Source: a virus. From it: a stretch of 64,000 nt of DNA. The stretch is taken from positions 53,942 to 117,941 of the IMG/VR virus record IMGVR_UViG_3300028831_000229. The stretch is one strand, 5' to 3'. The notes below the pieces were generated by a model, which had not been told where the DNA came from, did not search any database, and saw nothing but the letters and a program-made list of their open reading frames with translations. How positions within the stretch are numbered: the stretch's first letter is position 1; the number at the start of each line of letters is the position of its first letter. A program made the translations under genes and the position numbers. Positions 9,447 through 18,100 of the stretch are shown one piece after another.

Positions 9447-9952
9447 GACGTCGCAACCTGGAACTCCAGCACAGCAAGAAGCGCCAGCCGCCACGCGAGC
9501 CCTCAGAGTTCGACGGCATCGATCGCTCGGTTGCCCCGGCTGGTCAGTGGCTCACAGGACCACTCGGCGTGAGTGCTGACGAGGAGACGACCTCCAACTG
9601 GACGCACAAGGACGAGGCGTTCTTCATCAACCCCAAGCAGCTCGAGAAGCTGATCAAGATGATGGAGGACGAGAAGCCCAAGAGCCGTGTCCTGGCGCCA
9701 GGCGCGCTCACCTTCATCGCCAAGCCGCGCGCCGCGCCGAGCCGCTTCAACCTGCGCTGGGACAACCTGCTGCTCAAGCCGCTGGTGCCGATGCCGAGCA
9801 TCCTCACGCTCGAGGTCAGCGAGAAGGAGACGCTCGACCGGATGCAGCGCTACCTGAACTTCCCCGCCAACGACCACGTGGACGCGCTCAAGCACGCCAT
9901 GGAGAGCGTCCGCCGCGGGGCTTTGCTTGACCTCATCAAGGAGAAGCTCTGA
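9443..9952 (+). CDS. hypothetical protein
   Basis: GGAGG RBS; coupled to neighbours. Confidence 0.75.
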   Translation: MRRRNLELQHSKKRQPPREPSEFDGIDRSVAPAGQWLTGPLGVSADEETTSNWTHKDEAFFINPKQLEKLIKMMEDEKPKSRVLAPGALTFIAKPRAAPSRFNLRWDNLLLKPLVPMPSILTLEVSEKETLDRMQRYLNFPANDHVDALKHAMESVRRGALLDLIKEKL

Positions 9953-10527
9953 TGTCGAAGAAGCCTCCACTGCTCACCGGCAGCAAGCACAAGCGTCCGC
10001 TCACGGTGACGCAGCCCAACGCGCTGCTTAGCGAGTTCGCCGACAAGCTCAACGACCTGACGATGGTACTCTGCGAGCACGGAGTCGGCGGACAGCTGAC
10101 CATCAAGGTGCTCTGGCAGACTGCCGCAGCTCTAGGCATCGGCCCTGACGGTGGTGGCATCGCCACTGCCGCAGGACCGGTTGCGATCGAAGTAGTCAAC
10201 GCTGACGTGTTGAAGCGCATCGCAAAGATCGAGGAGTTGGCACGCGCAGGGACCGTGACGCCTGCGATGCTGGACGAGCTGCGCATCGAGGACCGACCGC
10301 ACAACTTCCGCCAGGATCTGAGTCGCCGCTTCAAGGGACCGCCGTCCGAGACCTGCGAGCTGTGCGGTCGCGATCCGCGCAACACCGTCCACAGGCTGTC
10401 CAGCACGCGTCAGGTGTCTCAAGCGGAGATCGGTGCCGAAGTTGACAGGCTGACACGTGCAGGGAAGCGCGTCACCGGAGTGACGGTGAGCGGACCGTAC
10501 GCCGAGGTCCAGTGGGAGGAGCCGTGA
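9952..10527 (+). CDS. hypothetical protein
   Basis: AGGAG RBS; TGATG overlap; CELC motif. Confidence 0.75.
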   Translation: MSKKPPLLTGSKHKRPLTVTQPNALLSEFADKLNDLTMVLCEHGVGGQLTIKVLWQTAAALGIGPDGGGIATAAGPVAIEVVNADVLKRIAKIEELARAGTVTPAMLDELRIEDRPHNFRQDLSRRFKGPPSETCELCGRDPRNTVHRLSSTRQVSQAEIGAEVDRLTRAGKRVTGVTVSGPYAEVQWEEP

Positions 10528-10898
10528 GCGCCGCGCTCGACTGCCGCACGTGCGGCGCCTGCTGCGTCAGCTCGCAGGACACGCCGTACGGCTGGGCCGA
10601 CGTCAGCCAGGAGGACGCCGCCAAGATGAGCCGGCGCGTCCGTCTCAAGCTGGTGCAGACGGGAGGAGGCTGGCGCTTCAACGAGTGCCACCTCGCCACG
10701 CCGACCACCTGGCGAGACGACCTCAACTGCGCTCCCTGCTCCTTCCTCCAAGGCACGCCAGGCCAGCGCGTGACGTGCCGCATCTACGAGACCAGGCCGA
10801 GCGTCTGCCAGCGCTTCAAGCCGGGAAGCCGCAGCTGCTTGGAGGCGCGGCGAGAGCAGACCTTCAGACTGGCAGACCAAGCAGAGGAGAACCCGTGA
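10524..10898 (+). CDS. YkgJ family CxxCxxCC cysteine-cluster protein (second copy)
   Basis: LDCRTCGACC...CSFL...CRIYETRPSVCQRF; GGAGG RBS with GTG start. Confidence 0.85.
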   Translation: MSAALDCRTCGACCVSSQDTPYGWADVSQEDAAKMSRRVRLKLVQTGGGWRFNECHLATPTTWRDDLNCAPCSFLQGTPGQRVTCRIYETRPSVCQRFKPGSRSCLEARREQTFRLADQAEENP

Positions 10899-11275
10899 AG
10901 ACCATCGAGACCACGCAACTGATCGTCCTGGCCACGCTCGCAGAGATGCAGCTCTTCGAGTCGGCCGCCATCACCTACGCCAAGGCCCTCCAGCACCACG
11001 CCGCAGAACCGCACGAGCGCAACGCGCTGGTCGAGTACGCGGTGCACGAGCAGGGAAGAGCCGTCGAGACCTTCCGCGTGACCTGCCTGACGTGCCAGGA
11101 GACCGTGACGGTGACCAGAGCCGAGCTGGAGCCGACGCTCGCAGCCGCTGGCGAGCACGTCCAGGCCGCCTGGGAGACCGTCAAGCGGATCCTCCGCAGG
11201 TGCCAGGAGTGCGACGGCACCTGCGCGCCAGGCGTCTGCGAGCGGCTGCGCGAGTGCATCGAGGGAGAGTCGTGA
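10895..11275 (+). CDS. hypothetical protein (CxxC motifs)
   Basis: GAGGAG RBS, GTG start, GTGA overlaps. Confidence 0.7.
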   Translation: MKTIETTQLIVLATLAEMQLFESAAITYAKALQHHAAEPHERNALVEYAVHEQGRAVETFRVTCLTCQETVTVTRAELEPTLAAAGEHVQAAWETVKRILRRCQECDGTCAPGVCERLRECIEGES

Positions 11276-11514
11276 CGACCACGCTGACGCTGACAGAGAG
11301 CCGCCGCAAGGTGGCGTGCAGCCTCTGTGGGAAGCGCGTCAGCGTGCCGCGCGACCAGATGGCGCTCGTGGAGGCGGCGAACCAGCACCAGGACGTCAAC
11401 GAGGCGCTCCAGGACGGCTACAGCACCGTCCCTGTTGGCGAGCCTGGCCAGGAGCACGAGACCGTCATCGTCTGCGACGCCTGCTGGACGACCGCCTCTG
11501 GGAGGACGCCGTGA
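11272..11514 (+). CDS. small zinc-finger protein
   Basis: CSLC...CDAC; GTGA overlaps. Confidence 0.7.
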   Translation: MTTTLTLTESRRKVACSLCGKRVSVPRDQMALVEAANQHQDVNEALQDGYSTVPVGEPGQEHETVIVCDACWTTASGRTP

Positions 11515-11765
11515 CGCGGAGACGCCGCTGCACCTTCTGCGGTCGCCTGATGCCAGCCACGCAGACCAAGCGTGACCCTGACTGCGTGGAGAGCGGCTGC
11601 ACCACGCAGCACTGGATGTGCAGGAGCGAGGTCAGTTGCGCTCTGGCCATCAGGGAGACGCGCTCGTGGACGCCGCAGGACGTGTCTGTGCCGCCTCCTG
11701 GGAGAGGTGGTGGAAAACGCCGCACCAAGCAAAAGGCCGCCGCTAGGAGGAACCGTGCCAGGTAG
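11511..11765 (+). CDS. small basic Cys-rich protein
   Basis: GGAGG RBS, GTG start, CTFCG motif. Confidence 0.6.
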   Translation: MTRRRRCTFCGRLMPATQTKRDPDCVESGCTTQHWMCRSEVSCALAIRETRSWTPQDVSVPPPGRGGGKRRTKQKAAARRNRAR

Positions 11766-12036
11766 GAAGCCACCACAGCTCACCGGCAGCATCCACAGGA
11801 GCACCGCTCTAGGGACAGCCACAGGCCACAGCACAGAGCCTGCGTGTGCCACGTGCAGCACAGCAGCACAGTACGCCAAGGAGTATCCAGACCTCATGGG
11901 AAGCGACCACGCAACGCCAGCACACTGTGCCGACCACTGTCCTTCACCGGACGAGCATTCGACCTGTGAGCCACGCAGCAAGCAGTACATCTCAGGACGC
12001 TACAGAGGGACCATCACTCTCACACGCCTCGCCTGA
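11755..12036 (+). CDS. hypothetical protein with shared N-terminal basic motif
   Basis: AGGAGG RBS before GTG 11755; N-terminus similar to that of the 9952 gene. Confidence 0.65.
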   Translation: MPGRKPPQLTGSIHRSTALGTATGHSTEPACATCSTAAQYAKEYPDLMGSDHATPAHCADHCPSPDEHSTCEPRSKQYISGRYRGTITLTRLA

Positions 12037-12492
12037 GCTTGCACCACAGCACCGGCCGGTCAGGCTCCTTGGCCCTGTCTCCGCCAGCCACCTCGCGCGT
12101 GCGCATGCGTGCTAAAGGCTGGGTGCGTTGACAGGAAACTCCAGCGCCCTGAGCGCTGGCCTCAGCGTGCCGTCGCGCTCGACCGCTCCTCCGGGTCGGC
12201 GTGAACGGCGCGCGAATACTGATGCAGGCGGGCAGGCTGTGCTAGTAAGCCTGGCGTGGGCTACTTTTTTTTTGAATTTTGAGCGTGCGACCCGCGTGCG
12301 ATAGCGTGCACAGCGCGTGCGTACGTCACCCAGGAGAACGCTGTGGCTCGCGCACAGCGCACCTACGCGACCAACGTGTACACCCGCACGTGGCGCCTGT
12401 CGTACACCACGCGTCGCCTTCAAGCGCTACACGAAACCAGTAAGTCTCGGCAGACCTGCTGGTGCGGTCTATGTAGAACGAGGCGTAGAACG
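12037..12492. other. non-coding convergence region with hairpins, T-tract and phased GCGTGC repeats (candidate terminus, packaging site or origin)
   Basis: No credible ORF. Hairpins at 12141-12159, 12165-12213 and 12233-12253; T9 at 12265-12273; GCGTGC at 12283, 12294, 12304 and 12315. Confidence 0.5.
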
Positions 12493-13053
12493 TTAGCGGC
12501 TGGCCAGCCGGCCAGCGATGGACATGCGGAGGTCAACCGGGAGTGGCTCGGGCGGCGTTGGGAGGCCGGGAGGGTTCTGCGGCAGCTCGCCGTCCAGCGC
12601 GCAGCGAATCTGCTCACCCACGATGTTGTTGAGCCACGCCTTGCCTTCGGCTCCGGTCGGCGTGTCCTGGATGAACACGTACGCCACCAACAAAACGCGG
12701 TCGCCAGCAAGCGGTATTTCCATGGGTGGCGCGATGGCTGCGTGCGCGGTCGGCGAGCGGAAGCTCGAGACGGGTATCTCGCCAGCCTTGCGATGCGTAT
12801 ACACGTATGACTGACCGTCGAGCTGGTCGACCAGGTAGTTCACGCGGTGCGCGAAGTCGTGGTGGTTCGCCAGCCGTGTCTCCGCGTCCGGTGGCGCGGC
12901 GTACAGGCAGCCGAAGTAGAACATGCTGGGTGTTGGCTCTGGCAACAGGTTGGCGAACACGGCGCGTGCGCGCTCGCTAAGCACTGGCAGCATAGGCTCC
13001 AGGATGCTCTCCACGCGAAGTGCGGACTGAACGGTGGTTGGTGTATCTCGCAT
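12493..13053 (-). CDS. hypothetical protein
   Basis: 186-aa ORF ending the minus-strand gene block. Confidence 0.65.
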   Translation of the reverse strand: MRDTPTTVQSALRVESILEPMLPVLSERARAVFANLLPEPTPSMFYFGCLYAAPPDAETRLANHHDFAHRVNYLVDQLDGQSYVYTHRKAGEIPVSSFRSPTAHAAIAPPMEIPLAGDRVLLVAYVFIQDTPTGAEGKAWLNNIVGEQIRCALDGELPQNPPGLPTPPEPLPVDLRMSIAGRLASR

Positions 13054-13106
13054 GGCTACGAGCCTACCATCACCACGCCTTATGGGAGCGCGTAGAATCG
13101 CGCTGG

Positions 13107-13250
13107 TTAACGCGGAGGCCGACCGTCGTACTCGTCAGGCGGCTCGCGGTCGTCGCCTGCCACAGCGCGTGTGAGCGCGGCCAGCACGATGATGGCCGGG
13201 CTGAACAACACGAGCACCACGGTGCCGACCGTGTACGCGATGCGCTTCAC
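13107..13250 (-). CDS. small membrane protein (47 aa, absent from the ORF track)
   Basis: GGAGG RBS, GTG start; MKRIAYTVGTVVLVLFSPAIIVLAALTRAVAGDD has one hydrophobic helix. Confidence 0.65.
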   Translation of the reverse strand: MKRIAYTVGTVVLVLFSPAIIVLAALTRAVAGDDREPPDEYDGRPPR

Positions 13251-13252
13251 GG

Positions 13253-13543
13253 TCAGCCTCCTTGGTCAGCGTAGTAGGCGCTGTACTCGGCCTGAGACCA
13301 CACCTTGTACGGGTAGTTTCGTGGCGGAGGCCAGTCGGTCACCACGCGTGCGGTGCGGATGGCGACGGCGTGCTCGACCACCGCGCTGTAGCAGTCGTTG
13401 CACGCAGGGTAGATGATGAAGTCCATGCGTGGGTTGCGCACCAGCATCGCGACCATCACCGCGAGTGGTGCGTGGTACACGCCGCAGAATTGGCAGCGGT
13501 CCTCAGTGGGCGGCTTCTCTTCTTCGACCTGCGGTTCACACAC
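13253..13543 (-). CDS. zinc-finger hypothetical protein
   Basis: CQFC...CNDC; AAGGAG RBS. Confidence 0.7.
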   Translation of the reverse strand: MCEPQVEEEKPPTEDRCQFCGVYHAPLAVMVAMLVRNPRMDFIIYPACNDCYSAVVEHAVAIRTARVVTDWPPPRNYPYKVWSQAEYSAYYADQGG

Positions 13544-13835
13544 GTGCTCGCTCCTTCTGTTGTTGAGCCTTGCGCTCGGTGATCTTGTCCAGGATGTGCT
13601 TCGCGATCGCTTCGTCGTCTTCGCCGAACGTGTTGTCCGGTGCGCGCTTGACCTCGGCGAGCTTCTCTTCCACCCAGCGACCAGCAGCGCGCAGGTTCTC
13701 CTGCAACAGCTGCGGATTCGTCATCACGCGCATCGCATCAGCGATGCCGCCACCAGGCGGCACCGCCAACACCGCGGCGTACTCACACACGAGGCGCTTG
13801 ACCATCGGACCCATCTTCTTGCTCGTCTTCTCCAC
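13536..13835 (-). CDS. hypothetical protein
   Basis: TAAGGAG RBS, GTG start. Confidence 0.75.
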   Translation of the reverse strand: MEKTSKKMGPMVKRLVCEYAAVLAVPPGGGIADAMRVMTNPQLLQENLRAAGRWVEEKLAEVKRAPDNTFGEDDEAIAKHILDKITERKAQQQKERARV

Positions 13836-13847
13836 GTCTGCTGCTCC

Positions 13848-14768
13848 TTACTTGATCCGCTTCATCATCGCACGGACGGTCGTCTTCTGTCGTTCCTCTT
13901 CTGCGACCACCTCATCAAACAGTTCTTGATCCTTGCGCGCGGTGATGGCTTGCTCAACCAGGCGATTCAGCTCGCGCGGTGGGAGTGCGTCCAGCTCCCA
14001 CGACTTCGGACCGAACTCGGCGATGTACGCCTTCGCACGCGAATCGGTCAGCTTCGCAGGATTCGGTGGCGGGTTGAACGCCTTGACCTGCGCTGTCGTG
14101 AGCGCGACCGACACGACCTCCAGCTCCGACACACCGAACTCGCGGAGCCTGTCTTCGATGTCACGCACCATGTCCTTGCCGCTCGGGTCGTGGTCACCGA
14201 GATAGAGGATGACCGGCTTCTTGGTGTCGTTGCCATACAGCTCCAGCAAGCGCTCGGCCTCGGTGTCGTTTGCGGCGTTGCACGCCGTCATCAATCGCTG
14301 AGCGCTCTCGTACATCGCGCTCGCGGAGCTGTAGCCCTTGTTCACCATGAGCGTCACGTGGTGGCTACGCGTGATCGGCGAGAGCACGCCGGCCAGTGCC
14401 ATCTTCTCGACCCACACCTCCACGTAGAACTCCTGGTTGCGCCAGCGCGGCAGCTTGAACGAGTACACCGCCGCATCAAGGATGTCGTTGATGTGGCGCC
14501 AGTCGGCCGGTGACTCCGGCTCGCGTCCGCGATCCTCGATCGAGTCCCAGTCGATCTCGCCAGCGTAACGTCCATCGGTGAGCACACCGGTGAGCATCTT
14601 GTAGTTCTTGACGTTGTTCGCGAGCCATCCGCGGGACACGAACTGGTAGTAGATCTGGCGCGCGGTCAGCTTCTGGCCGCCGTACTCGCCGATGATGGCG
14701 TTGGCGCGATCGATCTTCTCCTGGGTCTCTGCTCGGAACTTGATGGTGCGGAACTGTTCGGTGCTCAC
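13848..14768 (-). CDS. DNA topoisomerase VI subunit A/Spo11-like wHTH-TOPRIM protein
   Basis: LTARQIYY (catalytic Tyr motif), VEVWVEK (TOPRIM Glu), KGYSS, YLGDHDPSG (DxD), WELDAL; GAGGAG RBS before GTG 14768. Confidence 0.8.
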   Translation of the reverse strand: MSTEQFRTIKFRAETQEKIDRANAIIGEYGGQKLTARQIYYQFVSRGWLANNVKNYKMLTGVLTDGRYAGEIDWDSIEDRGREPESPADWRHINDILDAAVYSFKLPRWRNQEFYVEVWVEKMALAGVLSPITRSHHVTLMVNKGYSSASAMYESAQRLMTACNAANDTEAERLLELYGNDTKKPVILYLGDHDPSGKDMVRDIEDRLREFGVSELEVVSVALTTAQVKAFNPPPNPAKLTDSRAKAYIAEFGPKSWELDALPPRELNRLVEQAITARKDQELFDEVVAEEERQKTTVRAMMKRIK

Positions 14769-14828
14769 GGTGTTCTCCTCGGTGGGCGCATTTCGCGCGC
14801 GCAGCGCTTGCGTTTGCCTGGGTTTGAT

Positions 14829-14852
14829 TGTAGAACACCAATGTAGAACAAA
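14829..14852. promoter_or_regulatory. direct repeat TGTAGAACA x2 in a divergent intergenic region, putative operator
   Basis: Copies at 14829-14837 and 14842-14850; the reverse complement recurs at 18466-18474. Confidence 0.5.
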
Positions 14853-14863
14853 CAAGGATGACC

Positions 14864-15301
14864 ATGGGCACTCGTAAGTGGAGTCACGTGTACATCGCGG
14901 CAGCGTCCGGTGACCTCGACCGGGTCACGCGCGTGCGAGCGCAGCTGGTCGCAGGTGGGCTCATGGTGACGTCACGGTGGATCGACGAGGTGACGGTGAG
15001 TGGGGCGAATCCATCGGACATCACCGAGCGCAAGCGCCGCGCAGAGTCCGACATGCAGGATGTCAACCAGAGCGACGTCATGCTCTTCCTCGTACCGGAC
15101 GCGCGCTTCCAAACACGCGGCGCCTGGTTCGAGCTGGGCTACGCGCACCACGCTGGGCTGCCGTTCATCTCCGCAGGACGTCGCGAGGATCTCGACCGCT
15201 CGGTGTTCACCGCGCTGGGCGAAGAGTTCGAGCACGACGTGGACGCCATCATCCGGCTGCTGCGGATCGATTGGCCCGATGACCAAGGAAAGGGAAGCTG
15301 A
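14864..15301 (+). CDS. nucleoside 2-deoxyribosyltransferase / DNPH1-like N-glycosidase
   Basis: VYIAA...DMQDVNQSDV...GAWFELGYA (catalytic Glu motif). Confidence 0.8.
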   Translation: MGTRKWSHVYIAAASGDLDRVTRVRAQLVAGGLMVTSRWIDEVTVSGANPSDITERKRRAESDMQDVNQSDVMLFLVPDARFQTRGAWFELGYAHHAGLPFISAGRREDLDRSVFTALGEEFEHDVDAIIRLLRIDWPDDQGKGS

Positions 15302-15302
15302 C

Positions 15303-15494
15303 ATGGCGCTATTCGAGACCAAGCGCGATGGCGACAACAAGACAAAGGTCTTCGGCGTTCGTATGAGCGAGCGCGAGATCTTCGTCCTCAAGCGCTACGC
15401 GAAGAAGCACAAGCTCAAGCCCAGCAACTTCGTCCGCAAGGCAATCAAGATCCTCATCCGAGACACGGACACCAAACCAGGAGACAGCAAGTGA
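15303..15494 (+). CDS. ribbon-helix-helix DNA-binding protein
   Basis: VFGVRMSERE...LKRYAKK...SNFVRKAI. Confidence 0.7.
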   Translation: MALFETKRDGDNKTKVFGVRMSEREIFVLKRYAKKHKLKPSNFVRKAIKILIRDTDTKPGDSK

Positions 15495-15898
15495 AGACCA
15501 TCATCGCTACGAGCACCCTCATCTTCTGCGCCATCGTCGGCCTCATGGCTGCGTGTGGCACCTCTTCCTCGGGCAACGAGGTCGTCGGTCAGGTGAAGAA
15601 GGTCGTCAACAAGACGCCGTTCATCTGCCCGAACTACACCGAGGTCGATGTCTCCCTGGGCGTCGTGCGCAACGGCATCGGCTCGATGTCGCACGAAGAC
15701 CTCGTGCTGGCGCTCGACAACAGCGCCAAGAACAGCATCGACAAGCTCAAGCGCGCGGCCGAGGATGGGTCGGTCGTCAAGCTGACCTACAACGTCGAGC
15801 GCGTGTCGCCGTGTTGGCCGGATCATCGTCTCGATCCGGCCATCGTCATCGAAGCCACGCCGTCACCGTCGCTCGTCACGCCGGAGCAGTCGAAGTGA
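15491..15898 (+). CDS. putative lipoprotein
   Basis: Signal peptide ending LMAAC-G (lipobox). Confidence 0.7.
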   Translation: MKTIIATSTLIFCAIVGLMAACGTSSSGNEVVGQVKKVVNKTPFICPNYTEVDVSLGVVRNGIGSMSHEDLVLALDNSAKNSIDKLKRAAEDGSVVKLTYNVERVSPCWPDHRLDPAIVIEATPSPSLVTPEQSK

Positions 15899-16107
15899 AG
15901 GGCTTCAAGAAGCAGCTGTTCGTGACCACGATGGACGCGGACGGCGACAAGATGTTCCTCGCGCACGAGGACGTGACCGACGCCGACGATGGCCAGCTTG
16001 TCGGCGTCTACGAGCTGGTCGACGTGCACCGCGTGTCGGTGAAGCGCGAGCTGAAGCCGGTGAAGGGCAAGAAGAACACCAAGGCCAAGAAGGGAAGCAA
16101 GCGATGA
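15895..16107 (+). CDS. hypothetical protein, Lys-rich tail
   Basis: GTGA and ATGA overlaps with neighbours. Confidence 0.7.
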   Translation: MKGFKKQLFVTTMDADGDKMFLAHEDVTDADDGQLVGVYELVDVHRVSVKRELKPVKGKKNTKAKKGSKR

Positions 16108-16991
16108 TTCACGTCCACGCACCAGCGACGTACAAGACCAGCCGCGGCACGGTCTACCTGAAGGAGCCCGGTGTCGCGCTGCTCTCGAAGCCGGAGTTCG
16201 AGCCGACGGCTGTGCGGTCGTTCCTCGAAGGGTTCGAGGACACGTTCGACGCCGAGGACTACGTCAACGATTTCTACCAGTCGCAGTGGACTAACACGCC
16301 ACGCTACGCGAACCCGCTGACGATGGACGACGGCGCGTCGCTCGTGAAGTTCGCCGGCCAGCTCTGCTACATGAGCATGGGCGAGCAGCGCACGCGCAAC
16401 GCCGATGGCCAGAAGTACCTCGACCACATCAAGGAGAGCGGTCACGGCTCGGTCCTCGAGCACGCGAACTACTCGTTCCTGTTCTGGGGCATCGACCGGT
16501 CGGTCACGCACGAGCTGGTGCGCCATCGCGCCGGCATGGCGTACTCGCAGGTCAGCCAGCGCTACGTCAGCGGCAAGACGCTCCGCTTCGTGGAACGCCC
16601 GGAGTACCAGAACGACACGATGCTCCATCTGCTGTTCGAGCAGCGCATCGACGCCGCGCGTGAGAACTACGACCGCGTCGCCGAGATGCTCCAGAACTCG
16701 ATGCCGAACCTGAAGGGCATGGCGCGCACCGACGCACGCAAGGCGGTCAACCAGACCGCGCGATCCGGGTTGCCGAACGAGACCGAGGCGCCGATCGTGG
16801 TCACCGGCAACGCGCGCGCCTGGCGTCACGTCATCGAGATGCGTGCGTCGAAGTTCGCCGAGACCACAATCCGGAAGCTGTTCGGCACCGTATGCTCGAT
16901 CCTGAAGGACGTGTCTCCGCTCATCTTCAGCGACTACGAGCCGGAGAGCGAAACGCTGCACGCCGTGTCGACGCGTTTCCGTAAGGTCTGA
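16104..16991 (+). CDS. thyX: FAD-dependent thymidylate synthase
   Basis: GHGSVLEH, HELVRHR-x7-S (RHRAGMAYSQVSQRY), ARSGLPN, NARAWRH. Confidence 0.95.
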   Translation: MIHVHAPATYKTSRGTVYLKEPGVALLSKPEFEPTAVRSFLEGFEDTFDAEDYVNDFYQSQWTNTPRYANPLTMDDGASLVKFAGQLCYMSMGEQRTRNADGQKYLDHIKESGHGSVLEHANYSFLFWGIDRSVTHELVRHRAGMAYSQVSQRYVSGKTLRFVERPEYQNDTMLHLLFEQRIDAARENYDRVAEMLQNSMPNLKGMARTDARKAVNQTARSGLPNETEAPIVVTGNARAWRHVIEMRASKFAETTIRKLFGTVCSILKDVSPLIFSDYEPESETLHAVSTRFRKV

Positions 16992-16998
16992 CCGTGGC

Positions 16999-17277
16999 GT
17001 GAGCGCACGCTATCGGAGCGTTTCCGTCCGAGTCCCGTACGGAAATCTGGTATCGTGCAGCGTGCCCGTCGTCGGCCCCGTGGAGACGCTCTCCGTCATC
17101 GTCGGCAAGCTGCAAGACGAGGTGGCGAAGCTGCGTGCTGAGCGCGATCTCTCGCGTGCGGAGGTGCTGCGCCTGCGTCGCTTGCTGGCTCGAGTCATGG
17201 GACAGCTCCGTCACAAGGACGCCATCGACCGCATCGCCGACGCTATTCGTCCTCACGAAGGCGACGGGGAAAGCTAG
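16999..17277 (+). CDS. coiled-coil hypothetical protein
   Basis: Heptad pattern; fills the gap after thyX. Confidence 0.55.
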   Translation: MSARYRSVSVRVPYGNLVSCSVPVVGPVETLSVIVGKLQDEVAKLRAERDLSRAEVLRLRRLLARVMGQLRHKDAIDRIADAIRPHEGDGES

Positions 17278-17332
17278 CACGCAAAGCATGCTGGCATTCC
17301 TGGCGTGACCTGTGCTAGGGTCAGCACCGAGG

Positions 17333-17629
17333 ATGAACGCCATGCTTTCCGCAGTCGTTCGAGCAACGCGCCGGCAGCGGCGACGTTTCGTGTCCTCTGG
17401 TAGACTCGCGGGCGTGCAGGTACCGCTACCAGAGGTCAACGACCTCTCGCGTCCAGAGGACGCGAGCCAGCGGGCGATCTACCAGCTGCTCATCCGCGAG
17501 TGGTGGCCGCACCTGCTGCACGGTCCGACGCGCTACGCGTACAACGAGACGCACATCGTCTTCGGCTGCACGTGCGGCGCAAGCTTGACGGTCACGCACG
17601 AAGCGGCGCAGCAGCTCGGCTTGCTGTAG
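17333..17629 (+). CDS. hypothetical protein
   Basis: ATG after an extended -10-like element TGcTAGGGT; CTCG motif. Confidence 0.6.
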   Translation: MNAMLSAVVRATRRQRRRFVSSGRLAGVQVPLPEVNDLSRPEDASQRAIYQLLIREWWPHLLHGPTRYAYNETHIVFGCTCGASLTVTHEAAQQLGLL

Positions 17630-17638
17630 GCTCGTCGC

Positions 17639-18100
17639 ATGAGCCACTCGACGAACTACGCGTTCCCACCGCTGAGCGTACGAGCGCAATGCATCCAGGT
17701 CGTGGACGGCTTCACGTTGCAGCTGCTCATCGACTGCGGCTTCGGCAACTACCACGTCGAGACCGTGCGTCTGCGTGACATCGAGCCGACGAGCGACGAG
17801 GACATCTGGCACCTGACCGAAGAGCGGGGACGTCAACGCGAACTTCAGCAGTGGCTACGCGACCTGCTCAAGCCGGTGATGGTCACCGACGCGGCGCTGC
17901 TCAACGACTGGCCGGTCCGCGTCGTCGTTCACAAGATCGATCCAAGCTCATCAGTGACGCGCTACCCGAAGCGCGTCCCGCAATGGGAGGTCGACGTCTA
18001 CGTGCTCGACCCTGTCGAGCGTCCTCACCGTCCGCAACACGAGATCCACGTCAACGCACAGCTCAAGGAGTTGGGGCTGGCGCAGGCGTTTCGTCGATGA
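17639..18100 (+). CDS. staphylococcal nuclease (SNase)-fold protein, probably degenerate
   Basis: VVDGFTL..LIDCGF...VRLRDIE...VNAQL..GLA; canonical DGDT is DGFT here. Confidence 0.65.
   Translation: MSHSTNYAFPPLSVRAQCIQVVDGFTLQLLIDCGFGNYHVETVRLRDIEPTSDEDIWHLTEERGRQRELQQWLRDLLKPVMVTDAALLNDWPVRVVVHKIDPSSSVTRYPKRVPQWEVDVYVLDPVERPHRPQHEIHVNAQLKELGLAQAFRR

Noticed and set aside
9850-9905. FPANDHVDALKHA resembles the last nuclease motif of large terminases
   Set aside because: Only about 13 residues with no other terminase motifs; may be a relic or chance.
12128-12133. Perfect TTGACA
   Set aside because: No -10 element at 16-18 bp spacing.
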